DNA of 64,000 nucleotides, taken from positions 28,820 through 92,819 of the forward strand of contig JBCNUU010000003.1 in NCBI GenBank assembly GCA_039630545.1, read 5' to 3'. Shown here piece by piece: positions 57,177 to 64,000 of this stretch. Source of the stretch: Endomicrobiia bacterium (GTDB lineage: Bacteria; Elusimicrobiota; Endomicrobiia; DTEH01). The translations under genes were made by a program, and so were the position numbers. A model generated the notes under the pieces. That model was not told the origin of the DNA and made no database searches. It saw nothing but the letters and a program-made list of their open reading frames with translations. The first letter of the stretch is position 1. Each line of letters opens with the position of its first letter.

Positions 57177-57812
57177 ATGAGTTTTACTTTATTTTTATTT
57201 TCTGTGGTAGGAATTTCTTTTTCAGGAGTTGCTTCTCCTGGACCTTTAACATTTTTAACTATCTCCTCTTCTTATAAGAATAAAAATGCAGGAATTTTAG
57301 TTTCTTTAGGACACGGAATTGTTGAGGGCTTTTTGATTTTTTTAATTAGTATAGGAATAGTTAACTTTTTAAAATCTGAAGTGTTTAAAATAATAACTGC
57401 ATTTTTAGGAGGATTGTTTTTTATATTTTTAGGTTTAAAGTACTTGATAAAAAAAAGTATAAAAATAAAACCAGAAACTACTCATAAAAATTTTGATGTA
57501 TCTTTAGTAATAGCTGGATCTTTAGCAACTGTTTCTAATCCTTATTTTTTTATCTGGTGGTTTACAGTAGGCAGTTATCTTATTATAAGAGCAGCTTATT
57601 TTGGTAGTTTTGGAATCTTTATTTTTGGAGTAATCCACTGGCTATGTGATTTTTTATGGTATTATTTTCTTTCTAAAGTTATTTCTAAATCAAAAAAGAT
57701 AATTTCTGAAAAAATCTTTGATATAATTTTAAAAATATGCGGAGTTATTCTTTTGATTTTTAGTGTTGAATTTATAAGATATAGTGCAAAATTACTTTTA
57801 AAACTAATTTAA
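57177..57812 (+). CDS. LysE/RhtB-family amino-acid exporter-like membrane protein
   Basis: 211 aa, about 6 TM. N-terminal SPGPLTFLTI motif is typical of the LysE family. Confidence 0.65.
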   Translation: MSFTLFLFSVVGISFSGVASPGPLTFLTISSSYKNKNAGILVSLGHGIVEGFLIFLISIGIVNFLKSEVFKIITAFLGGLFFIFLGLKYLIKKSIKIKPETTHKNFDVSLVIAGSLATVSNPYFFIWWFTVGSYLIIRAAYFGSFGIFIFGVIHWLCDFLWYYFLSKVISKSKKIISEKIFDIILKICGVILLIFSVEFIRYSAKLLLKLI

Positions 57813-57827
57813 CTGGAGTAAATCTTT

Positions 57828-58246
57828 ATGCCAAATTTTACTCCAAGGGAGTTTTAACTGCAGAAGAAACAAAAATTTCCTTTTGTCTACTTTTAAGAAA
57901 AGTTAATTTTTTGTCTTTTGTTTCTATGGATACTATTGATAATTATAAAGAAAAGAAATAAACAAAGAAAAAAGCGTTATTGTGTAATAAAGAAAAACCA
58001 AGGTTTGGTTTATAAAAAGGTGAGTTGTTTTTTTACTAAAAAATTTTAGGGCTAAAAGATGGTGTTTTTGGCGAGATGTCTTTAGTTTTTGATGAAAAAA
58101 CATCTGTTAATGTAGAAACTAAACAAGATACAAAACTTTTTGTATTATTAAAAAATGCTTTTATGCAAATTATAAATGAAAATCTTGAGTTAAAAAAACA
58201 ATTGAATTTATTGATGAAAAACAGAGATTTAAAAGCAAAAAAGTAA
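57828..58246 (+). pseudogene. Possible decayed cyclic-nucleotide-binding (Crp/Fnr-type) domain gene
   Basis: My translation of 58040-58243 gives KILGLKDGVFGEMSLVFDEKTSVNVETKQDTKLFVLLKNAFMQIINENLELKKQL..., which looks like the C-terminal half of a cNMP-binding domain (G.FGE.SL motif). Upstream, cNMP-like fragments (LTAEETKISF..., KGELFFY) sit in other frames or behind TAA stops. Confidence 0.3.
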
Positions 58247-58259
58247 AGGTTTTTACACA

Positions 58260-58832
58260 TTAGGAAGAAAGAAATTTTTGTCTTACTTTTGTGAAAAAAT
58301 CAATAGCTTCAGAGGTTTTATAATCAGGATAGGTCCAATCTAAAACCTGGAATTGTTTTTGTTTGTAAATTAAAGTTACTTCAGCAAAAATACCTCCTTC
58401 AAGATATATCCTGTGTGAATAGTTTTTTGTTGAGAAAAGAACAAGCTTAGAGGCTTCAATAAATCCCGGGTCCAGATTTACTTTTCTATTTTTAAGATTA
58501 TCGCTAAAGTACTTTACTTCTAATTCATTTGTAAAAATTTTTATTCCATATAAATTTCTTGCTATAATATTTGGTGAAAAACTTAGCCAGTATCTTAGTA
58601 GGTTTTTGCCCATTTCTTCAGAGTAGTAATCTGAGAAGTTGAACTCAATTATACTGCTTATTAAATCAATTTTATCCAATCCAAAATTTTTCAATTCTTT
58701 TTCTAAAATAAAATTTATTTGATTAATGACCTCATTAAGATTTTTGATTTTAAAATTTTCCATACACCATTCCGGGTTAAACAGAACTCCACAGATGAGC
58801 TTAATTTTGTAATTTTGAGATATTTCACCCAT
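58260..58832 (-). CDS. Conserved hypothetical protein, probably DUF4416 family
   Basis: 190 aa. KLICGVLF, YYSEEMG..L.RYWLSF, VNLDPGFI, LVLFSTKNYSHRIYL and WTYPDY match my memory of DUF4416. Confidence 0.45.
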   Translation of the reverse strand: MGEISQNYKIKLICGVLFNPEWCMENFKIKNLNEVINQINFILEKELKNFGLDKIDLISSIIEFNFSDYYSEEMGKNLLRYWLSFSPNIIARNLYGIKIFTNELEVKYFSDNLKNRKVNLDPGFIEASKLVLFSTKNYSHRIYLEGGIFAEVTLIYKQKQFQVLDWTYPDYKTSEAIDFFTKVRQKFLSS

Positions 58833-58908
58833 ATTTAAAATCTATTATATAATAATTTTTATTTCAACTATTGATAATAGGCTTAAATTTTTCTTTAAAG
58901 TATATATT

Positions 58909-59547
58909 ATGAGTTTAAAATTTGCTAGCAAAAATTTAGATGAAAATACTTTAGTAGAGTTAGCTAGAAACGGAGATACAGCGGCTTTTGAGAAATTGAT
59001 TAAACTTTATGAAGAAAAAATTTATTCCCTGGCATACAGAGTTCTTCAGGATAAGGAAGAAGCTTTTGATGTTTTGCAAGATACGGCTATAAGTGCTTTC
59101 AAGAATCTAAAAAATTTTAAAAGTAAATCTTCATTTTCTACTTGGCTGTATAAAATTGCTTTAAATTTTGCTTTGATGCGTAAAAGAAAACAAAAGTCCC
59201 AGCTTAAAAAAGCTCAGATAGTTAATCCTGAGGATTCTGATAAACTTCCTCAATTTACAGAAATTTCTGAACAAAATCTTGTAGGCAATTATGTAAACTG
59301 GATGGATAATCCTATGTTGAATATGGAAAATGAAGAACTAAAGGATATTTTAATGAAGTCGTTAAACAAGCTTCCAGAAAAGTATAGAAATGTCATTATT
59401 CTAAAAGAAATGGAAGGGAAACCTGTAGAGGAAGTTTCAAAAATTTTAGGTATAAGCATTCCTGCTGTTAAAACACGTCTTCATAGAGGAAGATTGTACT
59501 TAAAATGGTTTTTAGAAAAATATATGACACGAGGACAACCAATTTAA
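58909..59547 (+). CDS. ECF (group 4) RNA polymerase sigma factor
   Basis: 212 aa. Region 2 (AFEKLIKLYEEKIYSLAYRVL.D.EEAFDVLQDT...FSTWLYKIALN) and region 4 (VIILKEMEGKPVEEVSKILGISIPAVKTRLHRGR). Confidence 0.85.
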   Translation: MSLKFASKNLDENTLVELARNGDTAAFEKLIKLYEEKIYSLAYRVLQDKEEAFDVLQDTAISAFKNLKNFKSKSSFSTWLYKIALNFALMRKRKQKSQLKKAQIVNPEDSDKLPQFTEISEQNLVGNYVNWMDNPMLNMENEELKDILMKSLNKLPEKYRNVIILKEMEGKPVEEVSKILGISIPAVKTRLHRGRLYLKWFLEKYMTRGQPI

Positions 59548-59551
59548 AATT

Positions 59552-59815
59552 ATGAAGATAATGAGATGTAAAGACATCTTAAATTTATTATCTGAATTTT
59601 ATGATCACGAACTTGAAAGCGAGATAGAAGCACTTTTTAAGGAGCATTTAGAAGAGTGTGAGAGATGTTTGTCGTTGTTGCATAATTTTGAAAAAATGCT
59701 TGAACTTTATCATTCTTTCGAGCCTGTTAGGTTGGAACCACATAAAAAAAGACAGTTCCACAGATGGCTACATATAGAGATCAAAAAAATAACAATTAGA
59801 AAATCCAAACGCTAA
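59552..59815 (+). CDS. Zinc-binding anti-sigma factor (zf-HC2/ZAS type), soluble
   Basis: 87 aa, 4 nt after the sigma gene. C......L.....HE......FKEHLEECERC gives the H-x3-C-x2-C motif. No TM segment. Confidence 0.6.
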   Translation: MKIMRCKDILNLLSEFYDHELESEIEALFKEHLEECERCLSLLHNFEKMLELYHSFEPVRLEPHKKRQFHRWLHIEIKKITIRKSKR

Positions 59816-59827
59816 ACAGGTAAGCCT

Positions 59828-60151
59828 ATGCAGACAGATCAGTTGATTTCAAAAATTTCTGAGTTTGAACAAAAAAAAGACCAAGAGGTAGAAAATTTTA
59901 TAAAAAAACAAAACGAACTAATTTCTAAATTTGAAGAAGAACTTAAAAAAAAATTATCAGAAAATTTGAATGAATTTAGAAGTAAAATCACACAAAAAAC
60001 TCAAGAAGAATTAATAAAATACAAAAAACAAATAGAAGAGGAGTTTTCTTATAAAATAAGTAATGTTGAAAAGCAAATACAGGAAATTAAGAATAAATTA
60101 GAAAAAGTTTATATAGAAGTTAAAGAGATAATATTAAAACTATGGGAATAA
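59828..60151 (+). CDS. Coiled-coil peripheral-stalk subunit of the V-type ATPase (NtpF / subunit G-like), tentative
   Basis: 107 aa, highly charged and Lys/Glu-rich helix. Sits immediately before subunit I, as in ntpFIKE-type operons. 10-nt overlap with the next gene. Confidence 0.45.
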   Translation: MQTDQLISKISEFEQKKDQEVENFIKKQNELISKFEEELKKKLSENLNEFRSKITQKTQEELIKYKKQIEEEFSYKISNVEKQIQEIKNKLEKVYIEVKEIILKLWE

Positions 60152-62082
60152 GTAATGTTAAAAAAGTAGTATTCTACGTGCCGAATTACATATATGAGAG
60201 TTTTATTTTGGAGCTTAAACAAAGCGCTTTTGTTGAGGTGATCCCTGATAGTTCAAATGTAGAATCTATTAAAGAAAATTTTTTGGGTTTTGACTACTCT
60301 GTTATAAAAGATGTTAAAGCCAAGTTAGAGGGAGTTTTTAATATATTTTTAAAGTTAGACTTAAAACTTGCTGGTATAAAAAGTGACTTAACTTTTGATG
60401 AAAATTTTAAAAAAGAGATTGGAAATTTGAAAAATATATGTGATGAAGTTGAGAAACTAGATTTAGAAATAAAAAATCTTCAGATTGAAAATCAAACTCT
60501 GGAAAATAAAAAAAACCTTCTTTTGCCTTTTATAGATGTGGAGATAAATTTCAAAAATCTTGTTGAACTTAAATATGTGAAGCACTTTTTTTTAAAAGTT
60601 GATAAAAAGAAATATAAATATTTTATCTATGATTTCAACAAGTTAAATTTGACTAGCATTCTATGGAAAAAAGAGACCAAACAGGAGGTTTTTTTATTCT
60701 TTATATACCACAGCAGTAAAGAGAAAGAAATATTGGATTTTATAAAAAAATATGAATGTCAGATATACGATATGAGCTCTTTAATTGAAAGTTCTTTTAA
60801 AAATGAAATCTACAGGTTAGACCAAAAGATAAACGAAAATAATCAAAAAATCTTTCAATTAAAAAATAAAATTAAAGAAATTTACAAAAAAAACTTTGAA
60901 CTCCTTTTATCCTCTTATATAAAATGCTTAGAAATAGAAGAATTCATAAATGTACAACGGCGTCTGATGTCTACTAAATACTTTAAAATTGTTTCTTGCT
61001 GGGTACCTCAGAAATTTATGAAAAAATTAAAAAGCTTTACAGAAAAATTTTCAAAGGATGTGTCTTTTCTGCTTTTAGATCCCAGACCTGATGAAGACAT
61101 ACCTGTGGTATTTGATAATAAAAGAGTTTTTGAGCCATATGAGTTTGTTACTAAGCTTTATGGATATCCTAAGTTTGGCACAATTGATCCAACAAGTTAT
61201 CTTGCACCGTTTTTTACGATATTTTTTGCACTTTGTTTAAGTGATATATTTTATGGAGTTTTGCTTACATTTTTGTGGTTTTTAGTTCGCAAAAAAATCT
61301 CTAAAGATTCTGAATACTATGGATTTGTTGTTTTACTTAAATATCTTGGAATTGTTTCAGTAATAATAGGTTTTACTATGGATAGCTTTTTAGGATTTAG
61401 TATATTCAAAAACTACAGTTTCCCGATAAATCCCGCATTGTTTGATCCATTAAACAGGCCTATAGATATGCTGAAGTTTACATTCTTGTTAGGATATATT
61501 CAGGTTATTTTTGGTTTGTTTTTAGCTACATATAAAGGAATAAAAGATAAAGATTTTTTGTCCGCTGTGGATAATTTTAGTTGGATTATTTTTATTACAA
61601 GTTTTGCTCCTGTTGTTTATCAATTGTTTTTTCCTAAAGATGTTAATCCATCTTTAGTTAAAATTTTTAGCAAAATAAGTTTATTTGTGTTTTTGTTTAT
61701 AGTTTTTTTTCAATCCCGAGACATAAAGCCGTTTTTATTAAAACCGGTTAATCTATTTGTTAAAGCATATAACACTATAGGGTTTTATGCTGATATGCTT
61801 TCTTATTCTAGGATTTTGGCTTTAGCTTTAGCTTCATCTGCTATTGCTCAAACAGTAAATATGCTTGTAGCAAAGTTATTAAAAGCAGAACTTTTAGGTA
61901 TAAGATTTTTAGAACAAGCAGTAGCACCAATACTTTTTTTAGGTGGTCATCTGTTTAATTTTGCAATGGGAGTGTTGGGGGGCCTTGTTCATTCTGCAAG
62001 GTTGCAATACTTAGAGTTTTTTTCAAAATTTTTTGTTGCTGGTGGAAGACCGATAAAATTATTTGCACCTAAAAAAGTATAA
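60142..62082 (+). CDS. ntpI: V-type ATPase subunit I (a-subunit)
   Basis: 646 aa. Soluble coiled-coil N-terminal half, polytopic C-terminal half with DMLSYSRILALALAS (contains the conserved essential Arg). Confidence 0.85.
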   Translation: MGISNVKKVVFYVPNYIYESFILELKQSAFVEVIPDSSNVESIKENFLGFDYSVIKDVKAKLEGVFNIFLKLDLKLAGIKSDLTFDENFKKEIGNLKNICDEVEKLDLEIKNLQIENQTLENKKNLLLPFIDVEINFKNLVELKYVKHFFLKVDKKKYKYFIYDFNKLNLTSILWKKETKQEVFLFFIYHSSKEKEILDFIKKYECQIYDMSSLIESSFKNEIYRLDQKINENNQKIFQLKNKIKEIYKKNFELLLSSYIKCLEIEEFINVQRRLMSTKYFKIVSCWVPQKFMKKLKSFTEKFSKDVSFLLLDPRPDEDIPVVFDNKRVFEPYEFVTKLYGYPKFGTIDPTSYLAPFFTIFFALCLSDIFYGVLLTFLWFLVRKKISKDSEYYGFVVLLKYLGIVSVIIGFTMDSFLGFSIFKNYSFPINPALFDPLNRPIDMLKFTFLLGYIQVIFGLFLATYKGIKDKDFLSAVDNFSWIIFITSFAPVVYQLFFPKDVNPSLVKIFSKISLFVFLFIVFFQSRDIKPFLLKPVNLFVKAYNTIGFYADMLSYSRILALALASSAIAQTVNMLVAKLLKAELLGIRFLEQAVAPILFLGGHLFNFAMGVLGGLVHSARLQYLEFFSKFFVAGGRPIKLFAPKKV

Positions 62083-62097
62083 AAAGTAAAAATAAAT

Positions 62098-62895
62098 ATG
62101 AAGGAGAAAGAAATAAAATTTAAAGATCCTTATAAAAATTTTGAACTAAAATTTGCAATTTTAGATGTAGAAAAAATTTCAATACCGACTATTGAAAGAT
62201 CTATTTCTGAAACTCATGTAAAACGATTAATGGAATCAATACAAAAAGTAGGTTTTATAGAACCAATAACAGTAATTTCATCTTCTGATGATAAATATGA
62301 AGTTATAAACGGACAACATAGATTAATGGCAGCAAAAAATTTAGGGATAAAAAATATTCCTTCTATTATTTTGCCTGCTTCAATGAAAGATTATATAATT
62401 TCTTTAAACATAGAAAAAGTTCCAACTTTAAGAGATAAAGCACATCAAGCATATGAAATATTTAACACTTATCTTAAAACGAATCCTGATATGAAAGAAA
62501 CGGAACTAAAAGATATGTTAGAACAAGGATATTATGTTACTATTGGCATAATTATTGAAAAACTTAAAGATGAAAAATTTCCAGCATATGCTTTTGAAAA
62601 AGTTTTGAAGAAAGTAGATCTTTTCATAGAAGACAGTTTAAAAAATGTTAAAAAGGAAAGAGAAAAGAGAGCAAAAATTTTGTTAGATGCAAAAACTGTT
62701 TTGAATAATAGATATGAAGAATTAGGATTTAAGAATCCTCTATATAAAGAAGCAATTGTATCTAAAGCATTTCAACAAATTTATGGTAAACACAAAAGGA
62801 TAATATCTGATGCTTTTTATCAAACATTTGAAAAACTTATAAGTACAATTCCTACTGTTCAAGTTACAGATGCAGACCTTGAAGAGATGCAATAA
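62098..62895 (+). CDS. ParB/Sulfiredoxin-fold (ParB N-terminal-like) domain protein
   Basis: 265 aa. ...VKRLMESIQKVGFIEPITV......YEVINGQHRLMAAKNLGIKNIPSII resembles the ParBc domain (v.dG.HR..Aa..lG...ip). The C-terminal half is helical. No canonical ParB GERRxRA box. Confidence 0.55.
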   Translation: MKEKEIKFKDPYKNFELKFAILDVEKISIPTIERSISETHVKRLMESIQKVGFIEPITVISSSDDKYEVINGQHRLMAAKNLGIKNIPSIILPASMKDYIISLNIEKVPTLRDKAHQAYEIFNTYLKTNPDMKETELKDMLEQGYYVTIGIIIEKLKDEKFPAYAFEKVLKKVDLFIEDSLKNVKKEREKRAKILLDAKTVLNNRYEELGFKNPLYKEAIVSKAFQQIYGKHKRIISDAFYQTFEKLISTIPTVQVTDADLEEMQ

Positions 62896-62957
62896 ATGTT
62901 GTAAAAAGACAACAAATTCTACACTTTAATTAAATAAAAGAAGGAGGTATATTATAT

Positions 62958-63434
62958 ATGGAACAGTACATTGGGTTTATGTTGGTAATCTTAGGTGGTG
63001 CTTTAGCAGCAGGACTTGCAGGATGTGGATCAGCTATAGGTTGTGGAATAGTAGGACAGTCAGCTTCAGGTGTTACAGCTGAGGATCCTAATAAATTTGG
63101 ATTATTGTTAGTTCTTCAGGCTTTACCAGGTACACAAGGTTTTTACGGATTTGTTGGTATGTTTTTAATTTTAGGTAAACTTGGTGGAGTTGAAATAACT
63201 TCCATTACTCCCTCACAGGGTTTAGCAGTAGCATTAGCAGCATTACCTGTAGGACTTGTAGGGTTAATTTCTGCTATTTTTCAAGGAAAAGTTTGTGCTG
63301 CAGGTGTAAATCTTGTTGCAAGAAGACCACAGGAAGTTGCTAAAGCTATGGTATATGGTGCTGTGGTAGAAACATATGCAATTTTAGGTTTAATATCAAC
63401 AATTTTATTATTACAAAATGTAAAGTTAGGATAA
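62958..63434 (+). CDS. ntpK: V-type ATPase proteolipid subunit K (double-hairpin, 4 TM)
   Basis: 158 aa, GGAGG RBS. LQALPGTQGFYGFV, IFQGKVCAAG and AVVETYAILGL closely resemble the Enterococcus hirae NtpK sequence as I recall it. Confidence 0.9.
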   Translation: MEQYIGFMLVILGGALAAGLAGCGSAIGCGIVGQSASGVTAEDPNKFGLLLVLQALPGTQGFYGFVGMFLILGKLGGVEITSITPSQGLAVALAALPVGLVGLISAIFQGKVCAAGVNLVARRPQEVAKAMVYGAVVETYAILGLISTILLLQNVKLG

Positions 63435-63439
63435 ACTTT

Positions 63440-64000
63440 ATGCAAAATTTAGAACAAATCTTTAAAAAAATAGAAGAGGAAACCTCAAAGAAAATTCTTG
63501 AGATAGAACAACAAACAAAACAAAAAATGCTTGAGTTAGAAAAAAACTACTCTTTGCTTGAAGAACAAAGAAAAAAAGAAATAGAAGAAGAACTCAACCA
63601 ATCATTTGAGCTTAATAAAAAAAGAATTTTTACAGAAAATGTCATAGCATATCACAGAAAAATAGAAGAGATAAAAAATAAAATTTTTTTAGATTTGATT
63701 GATAAAATAAAAAATGTTATACTTCATTTAGATAAACAAGACTACTATAATTTGATAAAAAATATTATAGTAAAAAATGCTTTTCCTGGAGAAAAAAATT
63801 ATATAGTAGTTGACGACACAAATAAACTCAAAAAAGAAGAAATCCAAAAGCTTTTGTCTGAAGCAAAAAATGCTCTTAAAAAAATTAATCCAGAAACAGA
63901 TCTGGAGCTTAAGGAAGACAAAAATATTAAATTTGAATTTGGAGTATACATATTAGCTGATAAAAAAAGCAAAAAATTTAATTTAGACACGATAATGGAG
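63440..64000 (+). CDS. ntpE: V-type ATPase subunit E, partial (runs off the right edge)
   Basis: Not in the track (no stop in the window). The ATG at 63440 gives an open frame of 187 codons to the window end: MQNLEQIFKKIEEETSKKILEIEQQTKQKMLELEKNY.... Long charged N-terminal helix and a position after K, as in ntpFIKE. Confidence 0.6.
   Translation, partial: MQNLEQIFKKIEEETSKKILEIEQQTKQKMLELEKNYSLLEEQRKKEIEEELNQSFELNKKRIFTENVIAYHRKIEEIKNKIFLDLIDKIKNVILHLDKQDYYNLIKNIIVKNAFPGEKNYIVVDDTNKLKKEEIQKLLSEAKNALKKINPETDLELKEDKNIKFEFGVYILADKKSKKFNLDTIME

Noticed and set aside
58019-58039. In-frame TAA codons inside the cNMP-like frame, considered as evidence for stop-codon reassignment
   Set aside because: TAA terminates many well-supported genes in this window at the expected protein ends (for example metE, phoU, ntpI). 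The spacing between the KGELFFY-like and GVFGEMSL-like pieces is also too short for an intact domain. Gene decay is the simpler reading.
1-64000. Mobile elements, prophage, CRISPR arrays, tRNA/rRNA genes and classic defence systems (RM, Cas, abortive infection)
   Set aside because: I scanned every intergenic gap longer than about 80 nt and all ORF translations. I found no transposase, integrase or recombinase motifs, no regularly spaced repeats, no cloverleaf-like G+C-rich islands and no methyltransferase or restriction signatures. Absence is by eye only and should be confirmed with tRNAscan, Infernal and defence-system HMMs.

Overview
AT-rich chromosomal segment from an apparently anaerobic, diderm (outer-membrane-bearing) bacterium. 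I cannot assign the taxon from sequence alone. I saw no rRNA, tRNA, CRISPR array, transposase, integrase or prophage genes. All calls rest on reading the supplied translations and the DNA by eye for family-specific motifs; no database search was run. Left to right: (1) a minus-strand operon rex-hydB-hydA-hydC-hydG for a NADH-linked, probably electron-bifurcating [FeFe]-hydrogenase, whose catalytic subunit has non-canonical H-cluster motifs. (2) HAD hydrolase, an orphan outer-membrane beta-barrel and rimO. (3) A three-gene prepilin-like operon that includes an 842-aa pilin fused to lamin-tail and carboxypeptidase-regulatory-like domains. (4) A 573-bp gene-free AT-rich spacer with a cluster of DnaA boxes, sitting exactly where gene orientation switches from all-minus to mostly-plus. 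This is a candidate oriC. (5) A PhoBR-like two-component system, a Cys/Ser/Gly-tailed membrane protein, a YidD-TPR-membrane fusion and a C-domain-less pyruvate kinase. (6) Phosphate porin plus pstSCAB-arsC-phoU. (7) A compact cobalamin riboswitch heading a tightly packed thyX-(membrane zinc-ribbon)-nrdD-nrdG-metE block. (8) gyrA. (9) A radical-SAM plus membrane spermidine-synthase-like pair. (10) A DNA photodamage repair cluster: DUF523/DUF1722, a radical-SAM DNA-repair pair, photolyase and UvdE. (11) lemA-NTase-TPM, purC, larE and others. (12) An ECF sigma/anti-sigma pair directly upstream of a V-type ATPase operon. That operon carries a Na+-type c-ring signature and an unexpected ParB/Srx-like gene between subunits I and K. 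Most short ORFs in the track that lie antisense to long ORFs are judged spurious.
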